From assembly GCA_043228905.1 (NCBI GenBank), contig JBHGNT010000022.1, positions 10,726,001-10,790,000 of the forward strand: 64,000 nt of DNA, read 5' to 3'. Origin of the DNA: Azolla caroliniana (taxonomy: Eukaryota > Plantae > Polypodiophyta). The translations under genes were made by a program, and so were the position numbers. The notes below the pieces were generated by a model that was not told the origin of the DNA, searched no databases, and saw only the letters and a program-made list of their open reading frames with translations. Below, piece after piece: positions 61,901-64,000 of this stretch. How positions within the stretch are numbered: the stretch's first letter is position 1; each line of letters begins with the position of its first letter.

Positions 61901-62475
61901 AGAAGGAAATTCTCCTTTCCAACTCGTAGCTTCTCCTTCGTCTCTTTGGTGAAGACATGACCTATCTTCTTCGGATCTCTTAAGCTTGGATCGTTAGCGA
62001 CTTCCTTCATCTTTTGCCAGCTATCTTCCGGTAGCGGAACCGCAATTGGCTTGATCTTCTTATCCACCGTTTTATATTTCGTGTTGATGTCAACCTCCTT
62101 CATCGAGATGCCACGACGGTATTCATCGATGATAGCGTACATGTTGACGGAGTTAACCGAAATCACGCATTGGTTGTGAAGATAGCTCAAGTCCACGATG
62201 TCCTCGATTTCGCCGATGGTGTCGTTAAATGAGACTTCTTCCATAATATGAGTCACGAACTCCCCTTCTTCTATTATGTTCTCTTCTTTCAGCATCTTCT
62301 CGAATTCTTGTATCCGGTGCTTGTGCTTCTTGTCGGGTAGTACTAGTTTACATGCACCACTAGGTGTGACACATGTTGCTTCTCCTTGCAATCCACGCAC
62401 TCTTCTTTCTTGTGGGGTCTTGTGATTGCTCGGACTATTTGTGCCCCATGCTTCAATAGTCCGCTCTAAAAATCC
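58981..62475 (-). pseudogene. Element O pol (RT, RH, INT) in a single frame with three TGA stops
   Basis: DLYSGY, LPQGATN, FLDD, HES..GH, YNPEANG and WFGPY; stops at 60226, 59581 and 59341. Confidence 0.9.
62413..62475 (-). promoter_or_regulatory. Predicted -1 ribosomal frameshift signal (G GAU UUU plus H-type pseudoknot)
   Basis: GGATTTT-TAGAG-CGGACTATT..TGGGG..AATAGTCCG..CCCCA; the -1 frame runs open into pol. Confidence 0.72.
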
Positions 62476-64000
62476 GAGGATTCGCCTCCGAGACTATCTC
62501 GATTCCTTTCATGATTGGCTCGCACCGTTAGGAATTGGACCGATCTTTGGTTGTCAAGACTCTTTATTCGTGCGAAGGCTGCTCCATTATCGAACACTCT
62601 GGTCTCCATCCGAGATGATGTGATATAAGGTTGCCCTAGGATGACAGGATGCGACGCCGATTCTTGTACGAAGAAGTGTTGATCCATCTCCACATCCCCA
62701 ATCATGACTTTGACATTGGGACAAGCTCCGTACAAGTCCTCCGTAGACTTTGTTGCCGCGCGAATCTTCCATCCGTGGTTTGTATTGATTGGCCATCTTC
62801 CCTTTTTGTAGAAGTCGGTTGACATGAGGTTGATCTCCGAGCCGTGGTCGATCAAGGCTACGACGGTCTCTTTCTTCTCCCCGATCTTCACCGGCGTCTC
62901 CGTTGTCACTCGTGCCCAATGAGGTCGAGTGTAGTGGCTGTCCACCATATCTTCATCGATTTCGTCTCTTGCCATCGTTATGGCATTCGTTTTTGCTTTT
63001 TGCGGCTTCTCTTCTTCCTCGTCTGATTGTTGTCTCTTTCTCTTTACAAGGTCCACGATCGTGTCATGGAACTCCTTCTTCGTAATGGCAAGCAATTCCC
63101 TCAAGGACAAAGTTACGTGGCTATCAAGAACTCGTTCTTCGAGAATCTTCTTTAGGTCTGTCGTTTGCTCTATGTCCGACCTTAGCTTATAGGTAGGTAT
63201 AGTCCTTGTCCTCCGAGTGGGGTCTTCGACACCAACCTTCACGGGCCGCACCGTTTCTTCAACTCGTATGCTCGGCTCCCCTTTTCGGCTTGATTCTCAT
63301 TCCTCCGTTTGTAAAGGTCGACTCGTCTCCGCATCGTCCTTCTTTTTCGCGTTCCTTGTTTCATGTCTTTTAGATGGGCCTTGCTCTTCTATTCTCTTTC
63401 TCTTTTCTTCGACGAACACCTCGTGGTTGTCGCACATCACCTCTGCGAGTATGGTGTTGTCGTCCACCGGATCCGACCACCCGGTTATGCTTTGCATGTT
63501 TCGGTCCGCAAGCTCTACCTCATTCGATGTGACTTTTCCCTTCTTCTCATATTCGAGAACGAAAGTCCAAAACTTTGCTCCCGCTCTAGTAGCTTCAGTC
63601 TTGTCTTTCCCGACTCTTATTCCGGCCGACGCAGCATAGTGCATCGCATCCACATGAGTCGCATCGGCATCCTCCATAGATTTCTTCATTCCTCCTCTTC
63701 CGAAATTCACCCGTAGGGTTCTTCTAGTCTCGCTTGAGCAGATCATGTTGTCCTCTATGTATACGATATTTTGTCGAATCGCCTCTCGAAGGCTCGCACA
63801 ATCCCTTCTCATGTGGTCCATGCTATCGCACCACACGCATCTAAAGGGTTCTTTTCCTTTAGGGCCCCGACGATTCATGTTGGCTAGCATGACCTTCTCG
63901 AACTTCTTCGCTAGCTCTTCGATGATGTCGTCATCAATCTTCTTTTCTTCCACGTTACTTTGTCTCAGCAACTCAACTACTTTCGGTGGTCTTGCTTTCT
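62466..64000 (-). pseudogene. Element O gag-protease ORF with one TGA at 63297
   Basis: CVWCDSMDHMRRDC knuckle and ALIDHGSEINLM protease in the same frame. Confidence 0.85.

Larger units (their letters stand above)
58909..64000 (-). mobile_element. Gypsy gag-pol element O (likely autonomous relative of N), own 3' LTR missing; runs off the window
   Basis: PPT and ~55 bp of 3' UTR homologous to N; gag-PR-RT-RH-INT order. Confidence 0.9.

Noticed and set aside
58981-63299. Alternative genetic code or selenocysteine use of TGA in element O
   Set aside because: CpG decay explains it, and TGA is the normal stop of the intact Copia B ORF.

Overview
Eukaryotic, most likely land-plant (moss-like; inferred from element types and tRNA primers) repeat-dense DNA with no intact host gene. 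Left nest: chromovirus remnant E (20887-21860) < tRNA-Trp-primed Gypsy D < Gypsy C (+) < Gypsy A (-) < intact Copia B (3841-9303, TSD CTGGT). RTE/RTEX-like LINE copies follow. Right nest: an L1-like LINE (-) is split by a 4.4-kb foldback TIR element H (AACAC...GTGTT ends, 4-bp TSD) whose core is an array of hairpins plus tRNA-like A/B-box modules. Next come Copia I (-) and Copia J (+). J is split by a 13.7-kb TIR element K (8-bp TSD) carrying TDY-type MAP kinase exons, microsatellite-like DNA, a hAT MITE and an L1. J is also split by a Trp-primed LTR-gag-LTR-gag-LTR tandem N, joined head-to-head at its last LTR to an inverted gag-pol element O with a predicted -1 frameshift pseudoknot. The most unusual signals are the Pol III-promoter-like modules recurring in several elements, the hairpin/tRNA-like array in H, and the inverted PPT-LTR-PPT junction near 58.9 kb. 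All comparisons were made by eye; no database searches were run.
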